Positions 62,000-64,000 of a DNA stretch of 64,000 nt are shown in pieces. The DNA is taken from the NCBI RefSeq assembly GCF_020745735.1, contig NC_083409.1:10824978-10888977 (forward strand). Direction: 5' to 3'. Position 1 is the stretch's first letter. Every line of letters begins with the position of its first letter. The DNA is from Hemiscyllium ocellatum. Taxonomy: Eukaryota. The position numbers and the translations under genes were made by a program. Under the pieces are notes generated by a model. It saw nothing but the letters and a program-made list of their open reading frames with translations, did not search any database and was not told where the DNA came from.

Positions 62000-62810
62000 A
62001 CAATGGATGCTGCACAATGGCTGCACTGACTCTTCCTCTCTGCCTGATCCCTCCCCACACACAGCAGAAGTTGCATTAGGAACCTGTTCTAAAGGGCTAC
62101 AACCCACTGCAGCACTCCCAATCTGCAAAGAGAAGAACACTTCTACAAAGAGTTTGCCAAGAACAGATATTCCCGCAACTTCATCCACAGATGCAAACAA
62201 CGCGATGAGGGTATGCCACGACCTAACCCACTAGCCACACTACCTTATATAAAAACATCACAGAACTCCAACCACTCATAAACTGCCCAGAAACTGACAG
62301 CCACGCTCAGACAACCCACGAGAACAAAAGGCCCATACCCACCGTGTGAAAGACAGATGTAATTTACAAGAATCCATGCAACGTTTGCACGAAACACCTC
62401 GGACAAACAGGCAGACAACTAGCCATTCACATCCATGAACACCAACGAGCCACTAAACCCCATGAGCAGCTGTCCCGAGTAGCTATACACACAGATGACA
62501 AGGACCACAAATTCGACTGGGCCAACACTATGGTCATAGGACAAGCTCAACAGAGGACAGCCAGAGAATTTCTAGAGGCATGACACTTATCCATGGGCTC
62601 CATCAATAAGCACATTGACCTAGACCCAGTATACCGACCACTGCAATGAACATCAGGAACCAATAACTGGAAACAGCAGGAATGGAACCAAATAAGTTCC
62701 AGAAGACACAGCACAACAGCACTTCACAGGAAGCTCCAAAGCTCTGAAGATGTCACCGAGACAGGGGACAAAATGTTTACAAATCAACTTCCCAGCTCAG
62801 TGGGCATACC
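62000..62810 (+). mobile_element. Penelope-like retroelement 3' remnant with GIY-YIG and degenerate hammerhead
   Basis: VIYKNPCNVCTK...GQTGRQLAIHIHEH-like translation near 62355-62445; CTGAAGA...GGGGAC-AAAA at 62744-62773. Confidence 0.7.
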
Positions 62811-64000
62811 CACACTACAGCAAGGGGTGGGGCGGGGGGGGGGGTTTCCTGTCCTACAGTGCTCTCCAAATCCTTACCTGCCATCTTCATAGTCAGATAT
62901 TCATGCCCCTTACTACACATGGAATGGGACTGCCTGGTCCTGAGTCTTATAACATCCTTCTGGGACAAAGTCTCCAGGTATCTCTGCACCTCCCTGATGT
63001 GTCACCAATACTTTCAACTTAGCCTCCAGTCCAAACACCCTGTGTGGGAGTTGTTGTAGATTTATACATTCACTACAGATGTATTTAACCTGAGTCACTT
63101 TAACTCAATAAAGAAATGTTGATCCCATTTACAAATGAAAGATATCCATTCCTCTATTAAACCAGTAATTGTCTTCAGTATCTGAATTAAAGTTTTCGTG
63201 CTTTCCATTTATTGACCCTCCCGAATTGGGGTGTCCCGAAGCAGTACAAGATGACATGAGGATACAGATGGGCTGGGAGGGTCCGATGGGCTGATCAGTA
63301 ACAAGTGGAATTCTTTCAGATAAATGTGAGTCAGTGGACTGAGCTCCCCCTGACCATGTGAGTGAGGTGAGGGCAGAGTGACAGCACTTGACATCAAGGC
63401 CTGAGCAATGCAGCAGTTTTTCACCTGCTATTCCAGGGAAGGGATCAACATCGGGATCCCTCCGAGCAACTCCTGGGAATTCTGTCATCCCAAAGGGACA
63501 CGTCCTCCTCTTCAGTTCCCACAACCAGCAGCAAGTCAGCCACACACTGTGCAAACTGTTTGGGGGAGCTGACCTGAACTCTCACAGTCCTGTGCCACGC
63601 TCTGCTGGAAGATGGAGGGACTATTGGGGAACCCTTGGCACAGGCAGCTCCATCAATATTGTTGGTCTTTAAATGTGAAGGTGAACTTGTCCTGGTCCTT
63701 AGCCTTCCCTGACCCGATATGGACCAGAACATGTTCAAAATGACCAACAGTGTAATGATCCACTGCCAGTCCGACAGCAATGAGCCAATCTGCTCTGAAC
63801 ACTCCCTGAGTGAGCTCACTCCATTATGTTCAGATACACTGCCATTGAGTGCCCAGGGAGCCCACCCTTCCACTCTCTGGTTTTGATAGCCCTCCCATCA
63901 CAGAGACCCCCAGGAACCCCTTCAGTTCATTCTCCACTGGACGGGGCTGGTCTCAGTGGTTTTGATGGATGCATCTGTGGGTGAGATATAATGATATATA

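Noticed and set aside
60158-63551. CACTGTG at 60158-60164 and 63545-63551 as possible kappa-deleting elements
   Set aside because: No nonamer at 12 or 23 nt and both lie in LINE-like sequence

Overview
This is vertebrate, non-bacterial DNA: a cartilaginous-fish (shark) immunoglobulin light-chain locus of the kappa type, resembling nurse-shark NS4 from recalled sequence. It holds two unrearranged V-J(-C) mini-clusters arranged head-to-head as an inverted segmental duplication, with arms at about 2840-12235 and 34490-45910. Cluster A (minus strand) has leader 6267-6219, V 6032-5734 with a perfect 12-RSS, and J 5258-5224 with a perfect 23-RSS; its C exon would lie beyond the left edge. Cluster B (plus strand) has leader 39961-40009, V 40196-40492 with 12-RSS, 23-RSS plus J 40998-41032, and C 52645-52972. 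As written, the C exon carries a 1-nt deletion in a C-run (52680-52684) that frameshifts it. Candidate regulatory elements are variant-octamer/TATA promoters, a 96%-conserved upstream block with PU.1-IRF (EICE), RUNX and MEF2 motifs in both clusters, a strong CTCF motif at 59241-59259 and a possible 3' kB/C-EBP element. The rest is mostly decayed transposons: CR1-clade LINEs, tRNA-derived V-SINEs (HE1-like), a SCAN-domain Gmr1-type Gypsy remnant and Penelope-like elements. The last include three ~200-bp fold-back insertions with 11-14 bp target duplications, one holding a near-intact minimal hammerhead ribozyme. There is a 155-N assembly gap at 42993-43147. Gene-segment and motif coordinates were counted by hand; transposon boundaries are approximate.
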